Below, piece by piece: positions 18,840 through 26,858 of a stretch of 34,991 bases of DNA. The notes beneath the pieces were generated by a model. The model ran no database searches and had not been told where the DNA came from. It was given only the letters and a program-made list of their open reading frames with translations. This DNA comes from a virus. Taxonomy: Duplodnaviria; Caudoviricetes. Location: positions 1 through 34,991 of the IMG/VR virus record IMGVR_UViG_3300042922_000685. One strand, written 5' to 3'. Positions within the stretch are counted from its first letter, which is position 1; every line of letters begins with the position of its first letter. The translations under genes were made by a program, and so were the position numbers.

Positions 18840-19991
18840 CTAGATTATTAAATTCCAATCATCTTCTCTTACCTGGAACGCATCTCCGCATTGAATTATG
18901 TCTGGGTAATTACTCATTGCTACTTGCATTGCGTATTTATCTATTTCATAAGCATAGTATTTTACATTCTTATATCCTAGCTTGTCTAAGCAATATCTGC
19001 CTGTACCTATACCATCATACATACTCAATACAACTATTTCTTCATCTAGTGGTATATTCATGTGTTTTAGAATGTGTATTATAACCTCAGCTGTCCATCC
19101 ATTACCTAATCCTTTATATCCTTGTGAAGCAGATACTACTCTCATATAATCATCTGGCATAGTCTGTAATCTGCAACATTCTGTTACTGTAAGCTTACGG
19201 ATCATATAATAACCATCAACTAGCTTTATAGGATATTGTTTATCTTTTATAGTTATTAACCCATCTTCGACTTCATATATAGGATATCTTTTATCATCTT
19301 TACCTACAGGGCAAGCATATAATCCTGTCTTAGCTCCAACTCCACCACCTTGACCACATATTGTTGTAGCTTTCCCATTAGGAGAATAAACTCTATATTG
19401 TTTACTATCATGTTTTTCATTTTTCGCTTCATTTTCAATAATACCTATCCTTATTGGTTCTGCTATGACATTGTATGGAACCCCTTTATGAATATTGGCT
19501 GTAATACATAATGCCTTGTCTGCTTCTCCAGGTTTCTGACAGTAGCTCCATCTATCGCTATATTTGCCTTTTGTATCTCTGACCATGTAGTCCATTTCTT
19601 TCTCAGATAATGTTTTAATATTAGCAAAAGAATATGCTTGTTCATTTGTAGATGTTTCTAAAATATCTCTTAGCAATATTCCTCTATCTTCTGGCTGAAT
19701 AACATCAGGTATATTGTGAGCATAGAACCTTTGTCTATTCTGAGCACTTACTAATGAACTATTTATATATTGCAAAGGTACACCTAGTTCTAAACTAATT
19801 TGATCCTTTATTGGTTGTGCTGCTGATTTGTTATTTTCATATAAGAAGAAATCAGGTTCAAACTTTTCTTTAGCTATTAAATAATTTTCAAACAGTTCCC
19901 ATCCTATTCCTTCTGCTGCTATTTCTCTATCTTTTTTCTGTGCTATAGACCAACGTGTACATGGACTACCACCTATTAATATCTTTTTCAT
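18840..19991 (-). CDS. DNA (cytosine-5) methyltransferase, circularly permuted (motifs IV-VIII, TRD, IX-X, then I-III)
   Basis: GGSPC at residues 7-11, YENN, AQNRQR, RKLT..ECCRLQ, GLGNG, then VLSMYDGIG, YEID and GD at the C-terminus. Confidence 0.9.
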   Translation of the reverse strand: MKKILIGGSPCTRWSIAQKKDREIAAEGIGWELFENYLIAKEKFEPDFFLYENNKSAAQPIKDQISLELGVPLQYINSSLVSAQNRQRFYAHNIPDVIQPEDRGILLRDILETSTNEQAYSFANIKTLSEKEMDYMVRDTKGKYSDRWSYCQKPGEADKALCITANIHKGVPYNVIAEPIRIGIIENEAKNEKHDSKQYRVYSPNGKATTICGQGGGVGAKTGLYACPVGKDDKRYPIYEVEDGLITIKDKQYPIKLVDGYYMIRKLTVTECCRLQTMPDDYMRVVSASQGYKGLGNGWTAEVIIHILKHMNIPLDEEIVVLSMYDGIGTGRYCLDKLGYKNVKYYAYEIDKYAMQVAMSNYPDIIQCGDAFQVREDDWNLII

Positions 19992-20001
19992 TTATACATT
20001 C

Positions 20002-20028
20002 CCTCCACGTCTGGAGGTACCGCGGTAC
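20002..20028 (-). promoter_or_regulatory. SD-sequestering hairpin and 12-bp palindrome upstream of the MTase
   Basis: CCTCCA-N4-TGGAGG (20002-20017) and GTACCGCGGTAC (20017-20028). Confidence 0.55.
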
Positions 20029-20078
20029 ATTTTATCTAGAATTACTCCGATTTATTTTTAATTCACATTAATTTCACT

Positions 20079-21221
20079 TTACGCAGTTTTCTTTGCTGCT
20101 AAATAATCACACCATTTAATAAAGCCCTTAATTATTGGTCTTACATTATTGCTTGATGCCCATCCTGCAAATCCTATAAATCCATTAGAATTAAAACTTA
20201 TGCATTCTCTTTTGCTAAAATAATGAGCATCTACATACATATAAGCATGTATGATTTTTTTATTGCTTTTACATTTAGTTTTTATTTTAGGATTTATCTT
20301 CATAGTTTCTAAACAAGATCCTTTGCTTATTTCTTTATCTAAAAATTCATGTAACTTCTCAATGTCACATCTTTTAATATCATTGTATGAAAGTCCTTTC
20401 TTTGAGAAATAACCTCTAGCTGCTATTGTACTTGTTTCAAATGCATCTTTTTTATTTCTTTGAATTCTTCTTTCTTTAAAATCATTTTCAGTAGCATCAA
20501 ATAATAAGAAGGATGCTTCATTTGTATATTCTGTATCGTTTAATATTACCCACCACATATTATTTATATTATGGTATACCTTTCCCCTCACAAGCCTTCC
20601 CCTACGATCTCTAAAATATTTAACTTGACCATTGTATATAGTTTTCTTATCTCTATCAGTATTGTTGCAGCTTGATTCATCTGTTGTTCCATCTAAATCT
20701 TTTAACTTAAAATTCATGTCTTTTTGTGGTTTATGCCAACTCTTAACTAAATGCGCTTTAACACTATCTTCAGAATATTTTGTTTCAACTTCTGAGTTGT
20801 TTTCTATTCCCAACTCTTCTAAAAACTCTCCCATCTTTTTTGTTTCAATTATCCAATTCAACCTAACCAAATAAGGTGCTTTTCGAAATTTATTAGAGTC
20901 ATACTCTCCACCATTTACATTTTCAATATTTATATTTTGAAAAAAATCTATGCTAAATCCTCTAGGATATCTATGTGCCTTAAACTCTAAATCTCCTTTT
21001 CTTCCACGCCAATGGTCTTTATTTATGGCTTTATAATGCTCCTGAATTCTTGGATCTCTACCTATGCTAAAACCCCTTTGTTTCATAAAATTAAAGAGTC
21101 TGTGCATTATTGAATAATGTGACCATTTATATCTATCAGGCCATCCATGTTGTTCATCAGTATCATTTACAAAGCTTAAACTAAAATGATTTTTACTTAT
21201 ACTAAAAGAGTAACCATTCAT
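20079..21221 (-). CDS. Hypothetical protein (380 aa)
   Basis: Long ORF with GGAGG SD; no family recognised. Confidence 0.8.
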   Translation of the reverse strand: MNGYSFSISKNHFSLSFVNDTDEQHGWPDRYKWSHYSIMHRLFNFMKQRGFSIGRDPRIQEHYKAINKDHWRGRKGDLEFKAHRYPRGFSIDFFQNINIENVNGGEYDSNKFRKAPYLVRLNWIIETKKMGEFLEELGIENNSEVETKYSEDSVKAHLVKSWHKPQKDMNFKLKDLDGTTDESSCNNTDRDKKTIYNGQVKYFRDRRGRLVRGKVYHNINNMWWVILNDTEYTNEASFLLFDATENDFKERRIQRNKKDAFETSTIAARGYFSKKGLSYNDIKRCDIEKLHEFLDKEISKGSCLETMKINPKIKTKCKSNKKIIHAYMYVDAHYFSKRECISFNSNGFIGFAGWASSNNVRPIIKGFIKWCDYLAAKKTA

Positions 21222-21233
21222 TTTAAATCCTCC

Positions 21234-21416
21234 CTATTTGCAATCTTTGCATATTGCATAATTTTTTGTAACAAATATTGATTTTCTCTTATCTTTACTG
21301 TTGTATTTTCTTCTAGATAACTTATAATAACTTTGTCCAGCTTTAATAACCTTGTCGCATAAATAGCATCTAACATCCTTTTTACTTGTAGTTAAACTAT
21401 ACTGAGACTCTGCCAT
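21234..21416 (-). CDS. Small zinc-finger protein
   Basis: CYLC...ICKDC. Confidence 0.65.
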   Translation of the reverse strand: MAESQYSLTTSKKDVRCYLCDKVIKAGQSYYKLSRRKYNSKDKRKSIFVTKNYAICKDCK

Positions 21417-21420
21417 ATAG

Positions 21421-21612
21421 TTACCTCACCCTACCTAATGCCCTGCGCTTTATATAAAGGTTGTTTCTATTCCTAACCCTTCTTAGGTATCTCTTTTTAC
21501 TTAAAATAGATTTAAGCTTTGCTTCTTCTGTTGCTCTCCTTTTAGCTATTACTGCATCAGCTCTTTTATAAACCCTTGTCCAGAAGTCTTCCATATCAAA
21601 ACTCCTTTCCAT
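21421..21612 (-). CDS. Basic hypothetical protein
   Basis: Operon-packed ORF; true start probably the second Met (MEDFW) after an AGGAG SD. Confidence 0.6.
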   Translation of the reverse strand: MERSFDMEDFWTRVYKRADAVIAKRRATEEAKLKSILSKKRYLRRVRNRNNLYIKRRALGRVR

Positions 21613-21937
21613 GCTTATAAGGTCTATTCTTATTAATCTCCATCTTCTTAACTATTTCTTGCTCTAAATCTACGTTTAATCCTCCTGCAAGGTCACAAAC
21701 TCTTATTACTATATCTGCTAATTCTTCAGCAAAGTTATTAAAATCATTTTTCCTTAATGCTTCCTGAGCTTCTGCAACTTCTGAAACAATTAGCATTAAC
21801 CTATTACCTATAGCATTATTTATCATGCTTTTAGCAACTTCTTTATTTTCTATTTGGCTTGCTTGGAAGTAATCCTCCCAAAAACCTTTTTCTTCTGCGT
21901 TACTATTCGCTAGATTCATTATTCTTTGTACTATCAT
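21596..21937 (-). CDS. MazG-like nucleotide pyrophosphohydrolase
   Basis: LIVSEVAEAQEALRK, EELADIVIR, KKMEINKNRPYKHGK; start chosen by GGAGG SD (track start 21973). Confidence 0.88.
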   Translation of the reverse strand: MIVQRIMNLANSNAEEKGFWEDYFQASQIENKEVAKSMINNAIGNRLMLIVSEVAEAQEALRKNDFNNFAEELADIVIRVCDLAGGLNVDLEQEIVKKMEINKNRPYKHGKEF

Positions 21938-22154
21938 CTTCAATCTTCCTCCCTGTTTTATCTCTAAATCCAAGCATTATCTCCGTTTGATGGAGTTTCA
22001 TTAGTATATAAACCCAATTAACTGTTCCTTTTTTAAATTTAGTTACCATTTCCATGTTATTTGCATGATCTAGTATTACATGGAAGCTATCTAATGTTTC
22101 TTTAACCTGAAGAAGCTCTTGCTCGTTCAGCTTCTTTCCATTTTTTATACTCAT
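21903..22154 (-). CDS. Hypothetical protein
   Basis: 83-aa ORF overlapping both neighbours. Confidence 0.5.
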   Translation of the reverse strand: MSIKNGKKLNEQELLQVKETLDSFHVILDHANNMEMVTKFKKGTVNWVYILMKLHQTEIMLGFRDKTGRKIEDDSTKNNESSE

Positions 22155-23067
22155 TTAAAATCTCTGCACTCCTATCTTCTTCATCTTCCTCAATTTCTTC
22201 ATTGTAATTATTATTTAATAAGCCTGCTTCAAGTTCTTTTTCATCATATTGACGTCCTACAAAATTGTGGAATCTAGTAGGCTTAGGCTTACCATTGTAT
22301 CTATTAACTTGTTTTTCTTCCTGGTAATTTGCATCTAGGTAATCAACAAAGCCATTATTGAAGAAAGTACTTCCATTCTTATATGCAAGATTAAAGCCTG
22401 TATCTCTTTTTATCTTCACATACTTGTCATATCGCTCTATGCATCTTACTAACTGCTCATATCCATGTTTCTCTAATAACTTAGGTATTTTCTTTAAATA
22501 ATCTGCTTTACCTTTCTTATTAGGATACATATTCCATAACTCTTCTATATAATTTTTCTCATTATATTTAATAGATGAATCATTAATAGAAGAATTATTT
22601 ATAGAATAATCTTTTGTTCGGGATTCTAATCCGTACCCCTCGGGATTTAAATCCGTACCCTCTCGGGATTCTAATCCGTACCCCTCGGGATTTAAATCCG
22701 TACCCTTCGTATATAGTTCCGTACTATTAGTCAAATAATCACTATCAATTAATTGTCCATACATACTACCTGTTGAATAGAATGAATAAGTTCCTCCTTT
22801 CCTTTTGGTTTGATGTTTTAAAATTCCTATTTCAACTAATTTTTTTAATCTTCTATATACTGTATCTTTCTTAAGCCCTATTATTGGAATAGCTTTTAAA
22901 ATCCCTTCATATTCAACCCAATAATATTTATCATTTTCAAATATTTCCGATACCATCTTGTCAGTGTCTTTAAAGTCTATAAAGTATCTCAATATAAGAG
23001 CATCTAATACGTCAAGCTTATGCTCTATGAGTTTTTTTTGACTAAACCCTAGTATCGTATATTTCAT
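22102..23067 (-). CDS. Replication initiator (lambda O-like/winged-helix N-terminus) containing the origin
   Basis: KDTVYRRLKKL wHTH, internal tandem repeats, LWNMYPNKKGK and NGSTFFN C-terminal motifs. Confidence 0.85.
   Translation of the reverse strand: MKYTILGFSQKKLIEHKLDVLDALILRYFIDFKDTDKMVSEIFENDKYYWVEYEGILKAIPIIGLKKDTVYRRLKKLVEIGILKHQTKRKGGTYSFYSTGSMYGQLIDSDYLTNSTELYTKGTDLNPEGYGLESREGTDLNPEGYGLESRTKDYSINNSSINDSSIKYNEKNYIEELWNMYPNKKGKADYLKKIPKLLEKHGYEQLVRCIERYDKYVKIKRDTGFNLAYKNGSTFFNNGFVDYLDANYQEEKQVNRYNGKPKPTRFHNFVGRQYDEKELEAGLLNNNYNEEIEEDEEDRSAEILNEYKKWKEAERARASSG
22618..22706. repeat. Four 22/23-bp iterons (putative origin of replication)
   Basis: TCGGGATT(CT/TA)AATCCGTACCC x4, arranged as a 45-bp duplication; each unit has a GGATT-NN-AATCC palindrome; adjacent AT-rich tract at 22561-22617. 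Confidence 0.85.
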
Positions 23068-23109
23068 GTAATCACCTACTCTTAAGTTTTAAATTTTATA
23101 TATTTGTGT

Positions 23110-23171
23110 TATAATTTATAAGAATGTTTTTTTATTTATATTTGGGGTATCCTTGGATACTTCTTTTTTTT
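23110..23171 (+). ncRNA. Candidate small antisense RNA upstream of the replication gene
   Basis: Extended -10 TGTTATAAT (23107-23115), then hairpin GGGGTATC-CTTG-GATACTTC and T8. Confidence 0.4.
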
Positions 23172-23275
23172 ATACCCAATTTATCCATAGCTTTCTGACA
23201 TGCTTCTTTATATCCTAATCCCTCCTCTCGAATTAATCTTTCAACTTCATAGTAATAATTAAATCTGTCTCCCAT
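23132..23275 (-). CDS. 47-aa hypothetical protein
   Basis: GGAGG SD; MGDRFNYYYEVERLIREEGLGYKEACQKAMDKLG...; below track cutoff. Confidence 0.6.
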   Translation of the reverse strand: MGDRFNYYYEVERLIREEGLGYKEACQKAMDKLGIKKRSIQGYPKYK

Positions 23276-23291
23276 TACATTCCTCCCTTCA

Positions 23292-23543
23292 TCAATATAT
23301 AATTGCTGCTATTTTTACTAGTGATCCAAAAATAACAACTATTCCAGCTAGTCCGATAAATCCCATCACTATATTTTCAAATGTTAAAGCCTGAATAGCC
23401 TTTTTATTAGCTTCTAACATTGCATATAGAACATTTAGTGAGTTATCATCTGTTGTAGCCTTAATCTTGTTTAAAAGAGCTGTTTCATTTCTCTTTAATT
23501 GAAAAACTGCTTGTCTGAAGCTTAAATTAACTCTACTCTTCAT
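23292..23543 (-). CDS. Hypothetical protein with C-terminal TM helix
   Basis: 83 aa, hydrophobic C-terminus. Confidence 0.65.
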   Translation of the reverse strand: MKSRVNLSFRQAVFQLKRNETALLNKIKATTDDNSLNVLYAMLEANKKAIQALTFENIVMGFIGLAGIVVIFGSLVKIAAIIY

Positions 23544-23661
23544 TTTCTTCTATCTCTCCTTTCTTTTTATAAACAATACCTATACTTACACCGACTATTA
23601 CTGTGGCAAATACTGAGATTATTAATACGCTTGAAATAAATAACATTCCTGATAAAAACAT
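23533..23661 (-). CDS. 42-aa single-TM peptide
   Basis: MFLSGMLFISSVLIISVFATVIVGVSIGIVYKKK...; GAGG SD. Confidence 0.55.
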   Translation of the reverse strand: MFLSGMLFISSVLIISVFATVIVGVSIGIVYKKKGEIEENEE

Positions 23662-23671
23662 ATATAATCCC

Positions 23672-23941
23672 TCATTTTATTATTTTGAAGAAGTCCAAAA
23701 CTCCTTTTAGATCAACTTTTAAACCCTTTAGTCCTAGAATTATTAGGACCAATAATATTAATCCATCTATAACAAGTTCTTTTAAATTAAGTTTCTTAGG
23801 CTCTTTACCTTGCTTATTAATTTGCTTTATAGCTCGTCTTGTTGCACTACGTATTTCATCTGTAGCTATTGACAATGACCTGGATACCTCATCATTCATT
23901 GGATTTTTCCTCTCTAAATTGCTTAACTGACTTTTCAGCAC
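23672..23941 (-). CDS. Hypothetical membrane-anchored protein
   Basis: Hydrophobic helix near the C-terminus; start uncertain. Confidence 0.55.
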   Translation of the reverse strand: MLKSQLSNLERKNPMNDEVSRSLSIATDEIRSATRRAIKQINKQGKEPKKLNLKELVIDGLILLVLIILGLKGLKVDLKGVLDFFKIIK

Positions 23942-24025
23942 ACTCTAGAGAATTACAACCAGTTGTATAATTACTTATTGTTATTTGCATTAACCTGTAA
24001 GCATCTTTATCTTTCAAATTTCCAA

Positions 24026-24367
24026 TCATTCTTCATCAGTCTCCTTTTGCTCAATAATTTTAAAATTTACATCTTCACTATCTTCTAAAGAAGAAATTTT
24101 TATTCCTTTAGCACGTTCAATTCCTTTTTGTTTATCAAAGGTACTTCCAATACCATCAAGACAGCTGCCAAAATAGTTATGGGATAAATAAAGAATCTTT
24201 TCTGCGATTGATGATACTTTATCAGCATCAAGTCCAAAATAATGTTCTTCAAAATAATTAATTATATCTTGATCTAGGTTTTCATCAATTTCTATTTCAT
24301 AACTATTTGTAGTTTGTATAGTGGCTATAAATTTTCTTATTTTAGGAAGTTGTATTATTTCGCACAT
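24026..24367 (-). CDS. Hypothetical protein
   Basis: 113 aa, acidic, operon-packed. Confidence 0.65.
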   Translation of the reverse strand: MCEIIQLPKIRKFIATIQTTNSYEIEIDENLDQDIINYFEEHYFGLDADKVSSIAEKILYLSHNYFGSCLDGIGSTFDKQKGIERAKGIKISSLEDSEDVNFKIIEQKETDEE

Positions 24368-24756
24368 ATATTCTCGCCTTCTTCTAAATTACTTGGTTTG
24401 ACTAAGAAAGTATCTCCATCCTTAATAGGATCCAATCCAAAAGCTTCTCTAGTTTTATTTATAGTCCAATTGTTTTTACGACATTTTTCTAATAGTTCAA
24501 GAGTATTAGCAGGATTATCTGTTAGTGGCAAATTATTCTTTTCATTTTCAAGTTCTTTTTCCGCTTTATTAATCAAAATAGTTGTTGCTGTAAGTTTTGA
24601 ACTATGCCTATATATAACTTCTGAACATAGTTTCTTGAACTTTTCTTGAACTTCTTTATAAGTTTTACAATCTTTCTTTAATTCTTTTAAAAGCTCAGAT
24701 GTAGCATCATCTAAATTCTTGTTAAAATTTTCAATAATATTAATCAAATTTTGCAT
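24355..24756 (-). CDS. Hypothetical protein
   Basis: 133 aa, AGGAG SD; C-terminal TINKTREAFGLDPI..GD segment. Confidence 0.7.
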   Translation of the reverse strand: MQNLINIIENFNKNLDDATSELLKELKKDCKTYKEVQEKFKKLCSEVIYRHSSKLTATTILINKAEKELENEKNNLPLTDNPANTLELLEKCRKNNWTINKTREAFGLDPIKDGDTFLVKPSNLEEGENICAK

Positions 24757-24788
24757 GTATATCTCTCCTTCAAATTAATTCAATTTAC

Positions 24789-25625
24789 TCACGCTATCCC
24801 ATATTTAACAGCTAATCTGCCAACTATGTTTATATATCCATTAACAAGCTTCTTATCTTCAGCAATAATATCTAAATAGTTAACCTTATCAATCTTTGAC
24901 TTGCTGCATCCTTCTAAAGCCATATTCTTTCTTTTATTTTGTAATCTTCTATTTATATCCACACCGTAAGTGTTATTTAGCATTGCATAAGCTTCATCTC
25001 TAATTGGTTTTATATGTTCAAAGCCACCTATCTTATTAGCTATTTTATTTATTAATGTTGCTGTATCTTTTCTCCACTGATTAGGTTCTAAAGTAACTGC
25101 TTCTTTAATTGCTAAAACTTCTTGTTTAGTTTCTTCAGCCTTTTCACTAGCTTTAAGAGCATTAGTATTAGCTTCATAAACCTGTTGTTTTAAGTTTTTA
25201 ATGCTTTGAGCTTGCATTATGATTAAATCTTCTATTGTCTGAGGTTTATTATTTGCAAAAGCTTCTGCAAGAACATCTTTCGCTTTAAGCTGATAATTAA
25301 TTAATTTTTCGGTAACCAAAGGTTGTTCTTCTTTCATATTTGGTGTAATTGAAATCTTTGCTAACCATAATGGGAGAAAATCTAATTCTATTGCTAACAC
25401 CTCATTATTAGGATCTATTACCCCTGCTTCAAATTTCAAGCACCCCCTATTTAATATTTCATCTTCTTGAACATTCTTTACTTGCCTATCTTTTTGACCT
25501 TTCGTAAACCCCAATCCTTTACAGATATAACTAACTCCTGTATAAATTTTCCCTGTATTTTCATCTTTAGCAGCTACTAAGTTATCACCTAGAAAGTTGA
25601 CTGGTTTAATTATTAGATTATTCAA
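24789..25625 (-). CDS. Phage antirepressor (P22 Ant N-terminal domain family)
   Basis: VNFLGDNL, ICKGLG, LDFLPLWLAKI, KLINYQLKAKDVLAEAF. Confidence 0.88.
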   Translation of the reverse strand: MNNLIIKPVNFLGDNLVAAKDENTGKIYTGVSYICKGLGFTKGQKDRQVKNVQEDEILNRGCLKFEAGVIDPNNEVLAIELDFLPLWLAKISITPNMKEEQPLVTEKLINYQLKAKDVLAEAFANNKPQTIEDLIIMQAQSIKNLKQQVYEANTNALKASEKAEETKQEVLAIKEAVTLEPNQWRKDTATLINKIANKIGGFEHIKPIRDEAYAMLNNTYGVDINRRLQNKRKNMALEGCSKSKIDKVNYLDIIAEDKKLVNGYINIVGRLAVKYGIA

Positions 25626-25955
25626 TTACATCCCTTCCTTTAGTCTAAATATTGTATTTGTTGTTATAGAGTGTATTTGAGCAAATTCACTTTTTAACTT
25701 TTGAAGTTCTTCTTCCAGTTCTTTTATTTTTTTATCTTTTTTTCTTTCAGAATAAGAAGCTGCTTTTTTTAGGTAATCTTTCGTATTTTCTGACATGTTA
25801 GCTTCATGATATTCTATATCTTCAAGTAAAATTCTAACTGCTCCAATTCCACTAACTGTACGTAATATACCTTCTTTGACTAATTTATAAACTGTACTTT
25901 GTTCTATATCCCATCTTTCAGCAACCTCTTTTGGTTTAATTGCTTTCCTATTCAT
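25626..25955 (-). CDS. Excisionase-like HTH protein with coiled coil
   Basis: PKEVAERWDIEQSTVYKLVKEGIL...VRI (HTH_17-like). Confidence 0.75.
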   Translation of the reverse strand: MNRKAIKPKEVAERWDIEQSTVYKLVKEGILRTVSGIGAVRILLEDIEYHEANMSENTKDYLKKAASYSERKKDKKIKELEEELQKLKSEFAQIHSITTNTIFRLKEGM

Positions 25956-25965
25956 GTTCCTCCTC

Positions 25966-26160
25966 CTAATTAATAAGTGTCTCTATAGAAACCTTAAATA
26001 GCTTTGCCATTGGTTCTATATATTTAATTCCAACATTAGGCTTTTCTCCTTTTTCGATTTGTCCAACATAAGTAGCTGATGATCCGATTGCTTTAGCTAC
26101 ATCTTCTTGTGTTAAGTTATTTTCTTTTCTGAATTTCTTCAAGTTGTCCTTAAGAGCCAA
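25966..26160 (-). CDS. Cro-like XRE HTH regulator
   Basis: LKKFRKENNLTQEDVAKAIGSSATYVGQIEKG; AGGAGG SD with TTG start. Confidence 0.88.
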   Translation of the reverse strand: MALKDNLKKFRKENNLTQEDVAKAIGSSATYVGQIEKGEKPNVGIKYIEPMAKLFKVSIETLIN

Positions 26161-26190
26161 AGTTTACACCTCCTTCCAATCCAAATAAAA

Positions 26191-26237
26191 AGAGCCATTC
26201 AGCCCTCGTATTCAATTACGAGAAACTAAATGACTCT
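26191..26237 (-). terminator. Long hairpin terminator between the Com-like gene and cro
   Basis: Minus strand AGAGTCATTTAG..CTCGTA-loop-TACGAG.GCTGAATGGCTCT followed by TTTT. Confidence 0.7.
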
Positions 26238-26412
26238 GAGTTCTGGATTCTGGTCTCTTAAGGACTCCGATCTCTGACTTCCGGTCTGCGTTTATATTTA
26301 TGGTTACAATTCTTTTACACCCATAACATCTTGTTGTAAAGTTACTAACTACACTATCATCTTCATAAGTTCCTAATTTCTTACCACATACACATTTATA
26401 CCAACTTGTCAT
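26212..26412 (-). CDS. Mu Com-like zinc-ribbon regulator
   Basis: YKCVCGKKL...RCYGCKRIVTI. Confidence 0.65.
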   Translation of the reverse strand: MTSWYKCVCGKKLGTYEDDSVVSNFTTRCYGCKRIVTININADRKSEIGVLKRPESRTQSHLVSRN

Positions 26413-26599
26413 GCTAACATCACCTTTTCCATATTAATCAACCTCTCCTTTTATCTTCTATTAGATAATAGAATTTATTTTTGAATATTTGCACTAATTC
26501 TCCCCCTTAATTGCTAAACATAATCTTTTATTCTTAATAGTTATCTGATAAAATTAAGCTATGAATCAACTATCGTTATACATGTTACTCCCTCATTTT

Positions 26600-26785
26600 C
26601 TATTTATAATAAATTTCTATTTCTTCTGCATTTGTACATTGAATCATTATTGCTTCTCTCTGAACCAGTTCTTCTAGTTGATTTTCGTTTAATAAAGAAT
26701 AATCAGTGCGTTCAACAGAATATTCCTTCCAAAGATTTATCCTCATTGCACAACTTGTTAACTCAATAACATCTTTAACTGTCAT
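26600..26785 (-). CDS. Hypothetical protein, first gene of the lytic operon
   Basis: 61 aa, GGGAG SD just after the lytic promoter. Confidence 0.7.
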   Translation of the reverse strand: MTVKDVIELTSCAMRINLWKEYSVERTDYSLLNENQLEELVQREAIMIQCTNAEEIEIYYK

Positions 26786-26829
26786 ATCATCACTCCCTCA
26801 TTTCTTGTTTGTTTCCTGTCTATGTTTAT

Positions 26830-26858
26830 ATGATAACAACACTATAGTGTGATTTCAA
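26830..26858 (-). promoter_or_regulatory. Lytic (leftward) sigma-A promoter
   Basis: TTGAAA-N17-TATCAT with upstream TG; the perfect operator lies in the spacer. Confidence 0.7.

Noticed and set aside
18803-19645. Track ORFs 18803..19084 (+) and 19463..19645 (-) as separate methyltransferase subunits
   Set aside because: All MTase motifs are present in the single 383-aa ORF; these are overlapping shadows.
22618-22706. CRISPR mini-array
   Set aside because: The repeats are contiguous with no unique spacers and lie inside the initiator gene; no cas genes are present.
24340-24380. GTGCGAAAT as another cassette site
   Set aside because: Only one arm matches, with no credible partner arm at 8-bp spacing.
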